Shown: positions 18,573-31,271, numbered from the stretch's first letter. The stretch: 64,000 bases of DNA from Candidatus Marinacidobacterales bacterium (GCA_965219415.1 CBDCNP010000002.1:768001-832000); one strand, 5' to 3'. Notes: a model not told the origin generated them from the letters alone. Program-made: numbers and translations.

Positions 18573-19522
18573 CTCGCTTCTCCCTCGCGAATCGCCGCCT
18601 CCGCTACCTCTCGCTCTCCCGGCGGCCTGGTCTTCCAACGTCGGTGCATCCAAAGCCAGTACTCGGGGTTTCGGCGCACGTAGCCTTCGAGAACTCCCAC
18701 GCACCGCTGCGTGAGATCCTGGATGACGCGGCGACGTTCGGGACCTCGGTAGGAAACGTAGGGGCTGGAATCGATCGGCGTCTCGTAGATCAACCGGTAC
18801 CGACCGTCCGCAAGAGGCAATGTGAAAACCGGTACCAAGGCGGCTCCGGTCTTGGCCGCGAGCCAGGCAACAACGGGCGTCGTCGCCGCTGGCCGACCGA
18901 AGAAGTCGACAAAGATAGCGTCTTCGGTGGAAACATTTTGATCGACGAGCACCGCAACGGTCTCCCCGTCTTTCAGCATTCGGAGCATCCGGGCCAACGC
19001 CCGCTGTTTGTAGAGCACGGTATTCGAGGAAACGGTTCGGATCTCCTCGAGCCATCGGTTGTAATGAGGGTTGTCTTGTAGCCGCGCTACTACCCCTATC
19101 GGTCGCATGCGGTAGGCGTGCGCGATGGCGTGAATCTCCCAATTCCCGAAGTGAGCCGCTACGAGAAGGACTCCCCTGCCTGCGGAGCGAGCACGTTCGT
19201 AGTTCTCCAGTCCTTCGAACTCGACGATTTTTTCGATCCTGCGCTGGGACGGTTTTCCTAGAGCTAGGAGCTCGAAGAGCATGGCGCCGAAGTGACGGAA
19301 GGTCCCGCGCGCAATCGCGTACGTCTCCTCCGCGGACTTCGTGGAATCGAACGCGGTGTTCAAGTTGTTGATGGTGACCGCTTGGTGCTTCTTGTCGAGG
19401 GAGAAAACGATGCTGCCGAGCGTCCTTCCGAGCGCCAAGCGGGACCGGCGAGGAAGCGGCCGCATCGCGTAGCCGAAAGCAAGCGCGGCCAGGTACTCCG
19501 CGTGGTGCCGAACTGTTGTCAT
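18569..19522 (-). CDS. lpxL: Lipid A biosynthesis acyltransferase (LpxL/HtrB family)
   Basis: HFGNWE, LVDQ, FFGRPA, PEYWLWMHRRWKT. Confidence 0.85.
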   Translation of the reverse strand: MTTVRHHAEYLAALAFGYAMRPLPRRSRLALGRTLGSIVFSLDKKHQAVTINNLNTAFDSTKSAEETYAIARGTFRHFGAMLFELLALGKPSQRRIEKIVEFEGLENYERARSAGRGVLLVAAHFGNWEIHAIAHAYRMRPIGVVARLQDNPHYNRWLEEIRTVSSNTVLYKQRALARMLRMLKDGETVAVLVDQNVSTEDAIFVDFFGRPAATTPVVAWLAAKTGAALVPVFTLPLADGRYRLIYETPIDSSPYVSYRGPERRRVIQDLTQRCVGVLEGYVRRNPEYWLWMHRRWKTRPPGEREVAEAAIREGEAS

Positions 19523-19657
19523 CTATAGGTTTATCCCCAGGACCTTCTCTGGAAGGTGCCACGGGCTTGCCGTCGAACCCGTCAGGCCCGTGAGGGCGCC
19601 TTGATTTTACAACGAGAAAGCTAGAGGTAAAAGCCTAACTTTATGGAGGACACGCCT

Positions 19658-20758
19658 TTACGCGGTGTCGTCGTTTAGGGAGTGGGGGCTTTCGAGCCCC
19701 GGCATCGTATCTAGCAGAACTTCAAAGGCTTCCGACTCGAGGATTCGCGTCTCCAGGCTGGCCTGGTAGAGCGGCAGGACACCATCTCGGACTGCCGACA
19801 TTTTCACGGCGTCCTTCCCGGTCGTCACCATCGCTTTGGCTCCGCTGGATTGCGCGGCTCGGAGAAGCTGCCTGACCTCGTCAGGCCGCCACGCGTGGTG
19901 ATCCCTCTTGGAGCACGACCACACCACACGAGCTCCGCACGTCTCGACATCCTGCCGAAGCCGCTCGGGCCGGGCGATGGCGGCCAATATGCCCACGTCC
20001 TGACCGCGAAGGCTGTCGGGCGGGAGCATCTTCTCCGGATCCCCGAGGCGGTGCAGCGCCGAGATGCTGTTGACCGACCGAAAGATGGGCCGGTCGTAGC
20101 TAAGGGATCGCAGGACCCGCGACTCCAAGGATTTGGAAGGGCTCCCCTCTCGCCAACGCGTCCACACCAAAGCTCCGGCTCTCTCCAGATTGGCGAACGG
20201 CTCGCGCAACCTTCCCGCCGGGAGCATACGGAGTGTCCCCACCGGCTCTTCGGCATCGATACATACGATGTCGAGATTACGAACAAGTCGCCGATGTTGG
20301 AATCCATCGTCGAGAATGAAGATTTGCGGGCCTCGTTTGCGATAGAGCTCCATCCCCACCTCGTAGCGGTTGGCCCCGACGGCGACCGCGAGTCCGGGAA
20401 CTTGCTGGGCCAGCTCCATGGGCTCATCGCCTGCCTCGTCCACCCCGGCGAGAATGGACCGGCCGTCCGACACCACCAAGTGGGTGGCACCTGAAGAGGC
20501 CCTCCGGTAACCCCTCGAGAGAACCGTCACCGGGCGGCCCTGAGAGAGAAAGTGGCGGGCGATGTGCGCCACCAACGGTGTCTTGCCGCTCCCGCCGACG
20601 GTGAGATTCCCCACGCTGATCACCGCCGCGGGAAGCTCTTTCATCGCGAGAACATCTCGCTCGTAGAGCCAGTTCCGCGCTTCTACGACCGCACCATAGG
20701 CCCATGACATGGGCACCGTGGCAGGCAATGCGATCGTCTCCAAAACGGAACCGCTCAT
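19658..20758 (-). CDS. lpxK: Tetraacyldisaccharide 4'-kinase
   Basis: VGNLTVGGSGKTP, SRGY, GDEP, LDDGFQH, LPAGRLRE. Start is ATG 20758. Confidence 0.93.
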   Translation of the reverse strand: MSGSVLETIALPATVPMSWAYGAVVEARNWLYERDVLAMKELPAAVISVGNLTVGGSGKTPLVAHIARHFLSQGRPVTVLSRGYRRASSGATHLVVSDGRSILAGVDEAGDEPMELAQQVPGLAVAVGANRYEVGMELYRKRGPQIFILDDGFQHRRLVRNLDIVCIDAEEPVGTLRMLPAGRLREPFANLERAGALVWTRWREGSPSKSLESRVLRSLSYDRPIFRSVNSISALHRLGDPEKMLPPDSLRGQDVGILAAIARPERLRQDVETCGARVVWSCSKRDHHAWRPDEVRQLLRAAQSSGAKAMVTTGKDAVKMSAVRDGVLPLYQASLETRILESEAFEVLLDTMPGLESPHSLNDDTA

Positions 20759-22029
20759 GCCGCAGTACCGACCGCCCGGCGAGCACTCTCCATTGTCTTG
20801 CGGCCCGCGCCTCGGTTTGCCTCCACGTGCTCGCGCGCCCGAGCGCCCACGCCACAGCGCCATGTCTCGTCTTTCAACAACCGCGACAACTCTTCTCGAA
20901 GCTCATTCTGCCCGCTCACTTGCACCGCTGCGTCCGCCTCGAGGAAGGAGGACGCGATCTCTTGGAAATTACTCATGTGCGGACCGAAGACGACCGGTTT
21001 TCCCTCCGCGGCAGGTTCGATGAGGTTGTGGCCTCCCCACTTGGCGAGGCTTCCGCCAATGAAGACGACATCGGTAGCGCGATAGATAGACGCCAGCTCA
21101 CCCAGCGTATCGAGCACCATGACGTTCGCGTCCGTATCGGCTCGAGCGAGTGAAGTACGCCGGACGACATGGAAACTTCGCGATTCTGCAAGCTTCGCGA
21201 CCTCATCGAACCGCTCCGGATGCCGAGGCGCAATGATCAGAAAAAGGTGAGGATACTCTCCGCGCAATGATTCAAACGTGTCGAGCAGGATCTCTTCTTC
21301 AGGCGCGAGCGTGCTCCCGGCAACCAGCACGACCCGGCCCGGAGGTATCAACTGTGCGGCTTCAGACGGAGGTCCCTCCGCGGGTACGACCGCATCGAAC
21401 TTCAGGCTTCCCGTGACGAGTACCTTCGACGGGTCGGCTCCCAGGTCGACGATGCGCTCCGCGTAACGTGGGGTCTGCATGCAGAAGGCGTCGACGGGCT
21501 TCAGATAGCGGCGCAGAAAAGGTCGGATCAGTCGGTAGCGGCCGTAGGAACGATCGGAGATGCGGCCGTTGACCAACATCGTCGCCGCCCCTGCTTCGTG
21601 ACAAACCTTCAGCATGTGCGGCCAAATCTCGGTCTCGATGACCATCAATGCGCGAGGACGGATCCGAGCAACCACTCGACGGACGGCGAAACGCCAGTCG
21701 AAGGGACAAAAGAATACGCCATCCGCGTCCTGCAGTTGTCGATCGGCGACTTGTTTGCCGGTGAGCGTGGTCACCGATACGAAGACCGGCGTGTCGGGAA
21801 ACGATTCGCGGATCAGCGGGAGAAGCGCTCCCGTGGCGACTACTTCTCCAACCGAGACCGCGTGCACCCAAATCGAAGATCGGCGCTCAGAATTCAAAGA
21901 AGGGGGAAGAAAACCGAGACGTTCCTTGAGTGAAGGCCAGTACTTGCCCGTGACGACGCCGCGATAAAGAAAATACGGCAGGCTGAGTATCGCTCCCGCG
22001 GTCAAGACCAAACTATAGAGAAGGTACAT
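20755..22029 (-). CDS. waaA: 3-deoxy-D-manno-octulosonic acid (Kdo) transferase
   Basis: WVHAVSVGE, ETEIWP, APRHPER, GGHNLIEPA. Confidence 0.95.
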   Translation of the reverse strand: MYLLYSLVLTAGAILSLPYFLYRGVVTGKYWPSLKERLGFLPPSLNSERRSSIWVHAVSVGEVVATGALLPLIRESFPDTPVFVSVTTLTGKQVADRQLQDADGVFFCPFDWRFAVRRVVARIRPRALMVIETEIWPHMLKVCHEAGAATMLVNGRISDRSYGRYRLIRPFLRRYLKPVDAFCMQTPRYAERIVDLGADPSKVLVTGSLKFDAVVPAEGPPSEAAQLIPPGRVVLVAGSTLAPEEEILLDTFESLRGEYPHLFLIIAPRHPERFDEVAKLAESRSFHVVRRTSLARADTDANVMVLDTLGELASIYRATDVVFIGGSLAKWGGHNLIEPAAEGKPVVFGPHMSNFQEIASSFLEADAAVQVSGQNELREELSRLLKDETWRCGVGARAREHVEANRGAGRKTMESARRAVGTAA

Positions 22030-22039
22030 GAAACGGCCG

Positions 22040-22069
22040 ACTATAGCGGCGCTCGCAAGGCCCTGTCAA
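22040..22069 (-). promoter_or_regulatory. sigma70-type promoter for the waaA operon
   Basis: TTGACA-N18-TATAGT, about 10 nt before the ATG. Confidence 0.6.
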
Positions 22070-22089
22070 TGAAGCCTTTTCCACGCACT

Positions 22090-22119
22090 TTGACAGCCCC
22101 CGAGCTCCAATCTTATACT
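22090..22119 (+). promoter_or_regulatory. sigma70-type promoter for gap
   Basis: TTGACA-N18-TATACT. Confidence 0.7.
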
Positions 22120-22151
22120 CTGCCCCTCGACTGGCATATCTGAAGGAGTGA

Positions 22152-23159
<1,008 letters not shown>

Positions 23160-23224
23160 GTTCCGGCAACGCTAAACGCGTTCGCCGGGACAGCTGACCG
23201 AGGAAGGTTTCGAGCGACTTCGAG

Positions 23225-23643
23225 CTACTGGGCAACTTCTGACAGAACGTTCATCAGCACCTTGAGAGCATCTGTCTCGGTGAAGATGCCGACCAACTCT
23301 TGGCCATCCACCACCGGTAACCCGCCGACCGTCTTGTCGACGAGAACCTGAACGGCATCTTTCAGGTCCGTCTCCGCCGTCACGGTGAACGGCTCCCGCG
23401 TCATGATGCGGGAGATGGGAGTGTTGCTCAGGACCTCTTCATACTCGCTCATCTCCACGCCAGACAGAAGCGAGGGTGATGCCTTCGAATGTCCCGATCG
23501 GTCACGATGCCCACTAAGATGGTACCCTCGGTGACGGGTAGATGGCGGATGTGATGCTGCCGCATCAACATAACCACTTCCTTCATGCTGGCGTCTTCGC
23601 GGACGGCGTGGGGGTCTTTGATCATGCAGTCACCGACCTTCAT
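23225..23643 (-). pseudogene. CBS-domain pair protein (AcuB-like), frameshifted
   Basis: IRHLPV..VGIVTDRDIRR continues as ASPSLLSG..GGLPVV..GIFTETD after a 1-nt loss near 23482. Confidence 0.75.
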
Positions 23644-23873
23644 TTTTGTGACCCTCCAGGGCTAAGTTTTTTGGGACAAGTTCATTGTACCTGCAAAACC
23701 CTTCCCATGCCAAGCAGCGGGCGGTGGAGCTCGGCCGGAGCGGATCGGACAGTACAACTATAGTTGAATCAATATTTTACAACTAGTCGCCGAGCGTCGA
23801 TAGACGATGCTACAACTAGGCAACGAATCCGACGTACTGATGTAAGATTGCCCCAATTCGAAGGAGGTCCGAA

Positions 23874-25139
23874 ATGGTCCCAGAGACGTCTCGTCGTTCC
23901 TTCCTCAAGCGCCTCACCAGCGGTGCGGTGTTACTTCCCGCGGCGACTGCCCTCGGCAAACCGGCTTCCCTATGGCCCGCTCCCGATGAGGGCGAAGCCT
24001 TTTGGGATATGGTGCGTCAGCAGTTTCCCTTCCACGAAGAGAAGGTCCCGATGAACGCGGCCAATTTGTGTCCGGCGCCGCGCGTCGTTACCAATCGCGT
24101 CGTCGAGCTCACGTACGACATCAACATCGATTGCTCGTTCAACAACCGGGCGAAGTTCGCCCCGCTTCGAGAAGAATCGCGAAGCAAAGTCGCCCAGCAC
24201 CTCGGCGTGAGCGCCGACGAAATCGCGTTGGTGCGCAATACCAGCGAGGCCAACAACACCATCAACAACGGGCTCCCACTGAAGGAAGGCGACGAGGTGG
24301 TACTCTGGGATCAGAACCATCCCACCAACAACGTCGCCTGGGAAGTGAGAGCGGCGCGCTTCGGCCTGACCACGAAGCGAGTAGCCATACCGCGCCACCC
24401 CTCGAGTGTGGATGAGCTTGTGTCGATTTTCGAAAAAGCCCTGGGACCTCGAACACGGGTGCTCACGATCACTCACATCTCCAACGTCACCGGCGTCCGC
24501 GTTCCAGTCAAGGAGCTCTGTGAGATCGCGCACCGAAGGAGCATCCACGTCCACGTCGACGCGGCACAGGCCTGGGGGGCCCTGAACGTCAATCTTAGCG
24601 AGCTCGGTTGCGACTCCTATGCCGCTAGCGCGCATAAATGGTTGGTCGGCCCCCTGGAAGCCGGCATGCTCTACGTGAGGGAGGACCGTATCGCGGAGAT
24701 CTGGCCCAATGTCGTCGGGTCCGGTTGGGGCGACGACGCCGAGCCCGACGACAAGGGCGCTCGAAAATTCGAGTCACTGGGACAGCGTGACGACCCCTGC
24801 CTGGCGGCGGTCGGCACGGCCGTCGATTTCCATCAGAGAATCGGTCCCGATAGAATCGAAGCCCGCGTGTACGAGCTAGCCAGTAAATTGAAGGCCGGCC
24901 TGCAGGAAATGGGCGCCAGACTCGTCACACCGATGGATCCTGAGCTCAGCGGCGGTGTGTGCATCATCGAAATGGCACAAGACAACCGAAAGAAAGCCTT
25001 CGACGCACTCTACCAAGAGCAAGGTATCGCCGCTGCGCAAACAGGAGGGCTACGCCTTTGCCCTCACATCTACAACACTCGGGCACACATCGACCGCGCG
25101 CTTGCGGGCGTGAAGGCACACCGGGAGCTGCTCGGGTAG
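23874..25139 (+). CDS. Aminotransferase class V PLP enzyme (isopenicillin-N epimerase/cysteine desulfurase-like), Tat signal
   Basis: SRRSFLK, RNTSEA, VDAAQ, SAHKWL. Confidence 0.88.
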   Translation: MVPETSRRSFLKRLTSGAVLLPAATALGKPASLWPAPDEGEAFWDMVRQQFPFHEEKVPMNAANLCPAPRVVTNRVVELTYDINIDCSFNNRAKFAPLREESRSKVAQHLGVSADEIALVRNTSEANNTINNGLPLKEGDEVVLWDQNHPTNNVAWEVRAARFGLTTKRVAIPRHPSSVDELVSIFEKALGPRTRVLTITHISNVTGVRVPVKELCEIAHRRSIHVHVDAAQAWGALNVNLSELGCDSYAASAHKWLVGPLEAGMLYVREDRIAEIWPNVVGSGWGDDAEPDDKGARKFESLGQRDDPCLAAVGTAVDFHQRIGPDRIEARVYELASKLKAGLQEMGARLVTPMDPELSGGVCIIEMAQDNRKKAFDALYQEQGIAAAQTGGLRLCPHIYNTRAHIDRALAGVKAHRELLG

Positions 25140-25152
25140 GTAGCGACGTCGT

Positions 25153-26220
25153 CTACTGCGTGTCGCTATAGATCTCGGTGTCGCGATTGAAGCTGGCCCA
25201 AGCGAACCAAAAAGCCGAGTAAGTAGCGATAGGCTTCAAACGGGCGCTAGGGAGAGCTCCCTCTACCGATTCGCCAGTCAGATTCCAGACGGTGCCGGTC
25301 TCGCGATCCTGAAGCTGGAACGGGAACCCAATGTTGTCGATGATGTCGAAAGTGAGAGTCTGCTCCCGTCCCAATCCCTCGACACGGCGGTCGAACGGTA
25401 GCACCATCTGCGCGTTCTCGTCGAAGACGACGAGAACCGGTCGGCCGTTGACGGTGTCGTTGACGGCTGTTCTTTGGCCCAGCGACGGGTAGGGGTAAGC
25501 TCGCGCAACCTCGCCCTCGACGATGCCGAGCACGTTCTCCTTCAAAGGCCGGCGCGGATCGATGAAGCTCTGAGGAAACCAAATCGCGTTGTTGTTATTG
25601 TAGGCACCGTAAGGGTTTCTTCGATAGTTCCGATCGTGGCCGGTGTTGAAAGTGACCACGGTGGTGTCCGGGTGAAGGCTTTTCCAAGCCTCCCACGTGG
25701 ACTGCACGACGGGCAGCACCCTAAACTCGGTCCCCCGAAAGCTCCCGCAAATGCTCTTCCCCAGCATCTGGTTCCAGAGACTCTTGCTGGTGCGGTCGAA
25801 CAGGACGTTGTTGTTCTCGAACAGAAGCCCTGAGGTACCAAAGTTCTGAAGGCCCAGATTGTTGATGACCGGACTGAAGACCAAGCCGCTCCCAGTTAGC
25901 GGACAGAAAGTCACCAGAACCGGCGAGCCCCCCACGAAATCATTGACCACCTCGTGCCACCAGAGAACGTTATGGGGATAGGCCCTGGCTTCACCGTTCA
26001 ACACGATGCCCAAAACGAGGTCGTCCGCGAACATGAACTCGTCCCCTGCGGCGGCCTCGACCACCTCGGGTGATGTCAGCGACGGGATGCCGTCCGGTCC
26101 GACAGAAGTACCGATGACCTGCTCCTTGGGAACGACGCACTCGGTCGCCTCCTGAGCCGACGCCGAGACAGACCAGAAAAGGTATGCGAGAACAATGCAG
26201 GCTTGCTGTCGGTTAGACAG
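25153..26220 (-). CDS. DUF3179 domain protein with signal peptide
   Basis: DGIPSL, RAYP..HEVVND, FCPLTGS, FGTSGLL, FWFAW. The frame extends to a CTG at 26220 behind GGAGGAGG. Confidence 0.8.
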   Translation of the reverse strand: MSNRQQACIVLAYLFWSVSASAQEATECVVPKEQVIGTSVGPDGIPSLTSPEVVEAAAGDEFMFADDLVLGIVLNGEARAYPHNVLWWHEVVNDFVGGSPVLVTFCPLTGSGLVFSPVINNLGLQNFGTSGLLFENNNVLFDRTSKSLWNQMLGKSICGSFRGTEFRVLPVVQSTWEAWKSLHPDTTVVTFNTGHDRNYRRNPYGAYNNNNAIWFPQSFIDPRRPLKENVLGIVEGEVARAYPYPSLGQRTAVNDTVNGRPVLVVFDENAQMVLPFDRRVEGLGREQTLTFDIIDNIGFPFQLQDRETGTVWNLTGESVEGALPSARLKPIATYSAFWFAWASFNRDTEIYSDTQ

Positions 26221-26400
26221 GATAGGGCCCTCCTCCCCTACCAGCCTATCTCGCGGTCACCGCAGCCGACTATTAGCTCTCCCACAGTTTTCTTCCTGTC
26301 GATTCGGTCCAAGAAGTGCATGTCTAGAAGCCACTTAGACCAGCCGCCCACACCCACTAAGAGGCCCGTCTCGACGTCCGAGGATATATAATCGCCCCCA

Positions 26401-28624
26401 ATGATCCGACCATCCGCCCTGCCCTTGCTAGCTGTGCTCTCCCTCGTTGGATCCGTATCCGCGACCGAGTACGAGGGCGACACCACTAACGTGGTCTACG
26501 ACCCAAGCCTCTTCGAAGCCTTGGAGTACCGCCCCATCGGACCCTATCGCGGAAGACGGGTCACTGCGGTCGCCGGAGTCCCCAAACGTCCGTTCACTTT
26601 TTACATGGGAACCACGGGCGGCGGTGTGTGGAAAACACACGATGCCGGCCAGACATGGGAAAACATCTCCGACGGCTTCTTGGAGGTCGCTTCGATCGGC
26701 GCGATCGATGTATCGCTTTCCGATCCCAACGTCATCTATATAGGGACGGGCTCCGCCTGTCCACGAGGCAACATCTCCGTCGGAGATGGAGTCTACAAAT
26801 CCACCGACGCCGGGAAGACTTGGACTCGCGTGGGTCTTCGCGAAGCAGGACAAATCGGGCGGGTTCGCATCCACCCGAGCAATCCAGACTTGGTTTACGT
26901 GGCTGCGCTCGGACATATCTTTGGACCGAACCGGGAGCGTGGCGTCTTCCGCTCGAAGGACGGGGGCAAGAGCTGGGAGAAGGTGCTCTTTGTCTCCGAG
27001 AAAACCGGCGCAGTCGATCTCTCGATGAATCCGGCGAACCCGCGGCAGGTCTACGCGGCAATGTGGCGAGCCGAGCGGAAGCCTTGGACGTTGATCGACG
27101 AAGCCGAAGAAGGTGGCCTTTACAAGACGACCGACGGCGGAGACGAGTGGGAAAAATTGACCGGGGGACTTCCGGAAGGCCTCATCGGCCGCATCGGGGT
27201 ATCGGTCTCACCGGAGAATCCGAACCGCGTGTGGGCCCTGGTTACCGCGAGAGATGACAAAGGCGGCGTCTATCGGTCCGACGATTCTGGGGAAACGTGG
27301 AAACAAATCAGTACGGATCGAAAGCTCCAGACACGGGGCTGGTACTACTCTCACATCTATGCCCACCCACGCGACGAGAACACGGCCTACGTTTCAGTTC
27401 AATCAACCCACCGCGGAGTTTTGTCGTGTAACCGTGGACAACCGCTTCCCTTACCGCGTCTATGGGGCACAGCAAGACAACTCCACCATTAGCGTGCCGT
27501 CTCGGAACGCGGGAGGGATAACGCCGACGCAGTATTGGTACGACGTCGCCGGTGGCGAGTCGGGACACATCGCGGTCAGCGCCGAAAACCCGGAACTTTC
27601 GTACGCCGGCAATTACATCGGGAGAATCGACCGGTACGATCACCGAACCGGCCATCAACGCAACGTCATCATTTATCCACAACTTGCAGACGGCGTCCCC
27701 GCCAGAGACCTCAAATACCGATTCCAATGGAACGCACCCATCGTATTCTCGCCCCACGATCCGCAAGTGGTTTACCACACCTCGAACTACGTGCACCGCA
27801 CTCGGGACCGTGGCATGAGCTGGGAGACGATTAGCCCCGATCTCACGAGAAACGACCCCACCAAACAGGAGCTACCGGTTGGCAATCGCTTCAACTCAAC
27901 TTGCCGGTGGCCCAGGTCGCCGACATGCAAGTTCACGAGAAGGATCTCGTGGTCGCCACGCATGGTCGCTCGTTTTGGATACTCGACGATCTGACACCGC
28001 TACATCAAATCACCGACCATGTAGCTACCGCACGGACGCACCTGTTCAAACCCCGCGACGCACACCGCGTCAGAACCGGACGCTTCCGCGGCTCCCGAGC
28101 ACCCGAGGCAGCCCCTGCCGGCGCCATCATCTATTACTCCCTGGCAGAAAAATCTGCAGAGGAGGCTTTGAAGCTCCAGATCCTGGATTGCGATGGGAAC
28201 GTGATTCGAACTCACACCAACAAGAAGCACGATTCGCTCCGTGCGGACCCAGCTCGAAGAGGTAGCCGAGCGGGCGGAAGAAGCCGGCTACGAAGGGAAT
28301 TTCAGCGACACGTCGAAGTCCATCGGAGAAAAACTGACTGCGATCGAAGATGAGCTCATCCAAACGAAGAATGAAGTATCACAGGATCCACTCAACTTCC
28401 CGCCCAAGATCGACAACCAGTTCGTGTATCTCTACGGCCACGTGAACAGTGCCTACGGACGGCCGACCGAGGGCTCCTATCGGCGCTTCGAAGACCTAAA
28501 TGACGAGCTTACTCCTCATATGGATGCGCTCAGGCAACTTCTCGAGAGCGAGGTCAATCAATTCAACGACTCCATGCGAGGCAAGGGCGTACCGGGAGTC
28601 ATCCCCCCGAAGGCGACGCGATAA
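26401..28624 (+). pseudogene. BNR/VPS10-repeat glycosyl-hydrolase-like protein with internal deletions
   Basis: Asp-box repeats (S/TxDGGxTW) and QQDN, RFQWNAPI, ATHGRSFWILDD spread over four ORFs in different frames. Confidence 0.8.
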
Positions 28625-28627
28625 GAC

Positions 28628-31271
28628 ATGGCACTAGCGAGCGGTTCCCGTCTCGGAAGCTATGAGATCGTTGCGCCCATCGGCGCGGGTGGGATGGGTG
28701 AAGTCTACCGGGCGCGAGACTCAAAACTCGATCGGGACGTTGCCATCAAAGTCCTTCCGCTGGATCTAGCCAAGAATGAAACCGCTCTCGCACGCTTCGA
28801 GCGCGAGGCCAAAGCCATCGCCGCACTCGCGCACCCTAATATCCTGGCGATCTACGATTTTGGCCAAGAACAGGGTCTTCATTTCGTTGCCGTCGAGCTC
28901 CTGGAGGGAGAAACCCTTCGCGACCGCATGGGTAATGCTCCGCTCCTCCAGCGAAAGGTCCTCGACTACGGCGTCCAGATCGCCCAGGGCCTCGCCGCCG
29001 CGCACGACAAGGGAATTGTCCATCGGGATCTCAAGCCGGAGAACATCTTCGTCACCAGAGACGGCCACATCAAGATTCTCGACTTCGGACTCGCGAAGCA
29101 TGAGAAGCCCGGCCAGGACACCGACTCGGCACCGGAGTCCGAGACACGTGCCCGTCAAACGAAACCGGGCGCCGTCATGGGGACAGTGGGCTATATGTCC
29201 CCTGAGCAGGTGAGGGGCCAGGACGCCGACCATCGGTCGGACATTTTCTCCTTCGGCACCATCCTTTACGAAATGGTCTCCGGCCAAAAGACTTTTCACG
29301 GGGATTCTGCGGTCGAGACGATGAACGCCATCCTCAAGCAAGACCCGTCGGAGCTTTCCCAACTGAAGGGCGATCTCTCACCCGCCTTGGAGCAAATCAT
29401 TAGACGCTGTCTCGAGAAAAGAGTGGAAGAGCGGTTTCAATCGGCGCGGGATCTCGGATCGCCCTCGAGGCGGTCTCAGGATCCGCATCTGGCGTTGCGC
29501 TTCCAATGCAAGAGACCCAGCGGCGATTCCCCTTGAGGATCGTTGGTGTGGGAGCACTGGTTTTGCTCGCAGTAGTCGGATTCTTTTTGCTTTCCCCAAG
29601 AACCGACTCCCCGGCGGGGCCGAAACGGATCGTCGTCTTGCCATTCGAAAACCTCGGCTCGGCCGACGACGCCTATTTCGCAGCCGGCATGACCGAAGAG
29701 ATCACCAGTCGTCTGGGCGTTGTGAGCGGGCTCGGCGTCATATCGAGAAAAAGCGCTCTCCAGTATGAAGGCTCGACAAAAGCGCTAAGCAGATTGGAGA
29801 GGAGCTCGGCGTCGAGTACATCCTCGAAGGAACCGTGCGTTGGCAGCACGAGCAAGAAGGCGTGGGTCGGGTTCGCGTGACTCCGCAGCTCATACGCGTC
29901 GCCGATGACACGCACGTCTGGTCGGAACGCTACGATAGGGTCTTGGACGACATCTTCCAAGTGCAATCAGAGATCGCCGAACAGGTTATCGATCAGCTCG
30001 ACGTCACGTTGCTCGAACCGGAGCGCGAGGCACTGGAAGCTCGACCGACCGAGAATCTAGAAGCTTACCAAGCGTACCTACGGGGCGTGGCGTATATTTT
30101 CGGGCCCGACTGGTCGACACAAGAGAACGCAAGCCTGGGCATCGAGATGTTCGAACGAGCGTTGGAGCTCGATCCCGAGTTCGCCCTGGCCTTTGCGAAT
30201 TTATCCATGGCGCACACTTTGTTCTACCTAGAAGCGCACGACCGCACAGACCAGCGTTTAGCGAAAGCCAAGGAAGCGGTAGACCGGGCACTCGAGCTTC
30301 AACCGGATCTCCCTCAGGCGCATTTGGCTATGGGCTATTACTACTATCACGGCTATCTAGATTACGAGAGGGCACTCGAGGAGCTCGCCATCGCCTCTGC
30401 GGCGCTGCCCCTCAATAGCGACATCGCGGCGGCCATCGGCTATATCCGCCGGCGCCAAGGAAGGTTCGACGAGGCGATCGAATATCAAAAGAAGGCGCTG
30501 AAGCAGAGCCCTCGAGAGGCCGACCTTTGGATGGCGTTGGCAGAAACATATGCGATGGTCGACAAACATGAGGACTCACAGATCGCCTTGGATCGCTCTA
30601 TCTCCTTGGCTCCCGACCAGATCGGGGCTTATCTGGACAAGGCCTGGGGCTTGCTTATCTGGAAAGGTAAGGCCGGAATCGAGAACGCCCGAGCCATACT
30701 CGACGAGATGCCGTCCAAGGATGACGTGTGGATCGCCTGGTACCGTTTCGAGATCGAGAGCCGGGCAGGAGACTATTCCGCGGCACTCGACGCGCTCTCG
30801 TCGATGCGACAGGAGATCTTCCAAAACCAGCTGGTTTTCCTGCCTAAGGCGCTTATGTCGGCCCGCGCTTACGAGCTCCTATCCGACGGGCGAGCGCGCC
30901 AAGACTTCGAACGAGCACGCGTCATTCTGGAGGAAGAGCTCGAGGAGACTCCCACCGACCCTCGTCTCCACGCCTCGCTTGGCGTCGCCTATGCCGGCCT
31001 CGGTCGCAACGAAGATGCCATAAACGAGGGAAAGCGCGCGGTCACGCTCTATCCGGTTTCCAGGGACGCGGTGAACGGTCCTTACTATATCCTGAACCTC
31101 GCTGTCGTTTACGCGATGACTGGAGAGTACGAGGCGGCCTTGGACCAGATCGACTATCTACTGAGCATTCCCGTCGACTTCTCGGTCGCCATGTTGGAGC
31201 TCGATCCGCGATGGGATCCGCTGCGCGATTCGCCACGCTACCAAGAGATCCTCGAGAAGTACGGAGAATGA
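28628..31271 (+). pseudogene. Ser/Thr protein kinase - TM - TolB-N/TPR protein, two frameshifts
   Basis: [37 protein letters not shown] and TPRs. 1-nt losses near 29459 and 29780. Confidence 0.85.

Noticed and set aside
17517-19562. 681-aa ORF as a novel fusion protein
   Set aside because: The N-terminal ~330 aa are an off-frame overlap of lpxL; only the waaF part from 18572 is real.
23692-23707. sigma54 promoter for the CBS gene (TGGGAA-N5-TTGCA, minus strand)
   Set aside because: GG-N10-GC spacing fits, but the -24 element is too degenerate to call.
25153-26220. Sec in the DUF3179 gene or in msrB
   Set aside because: Both frames are uninterrupted; msrB has Cys (RWCNNG).
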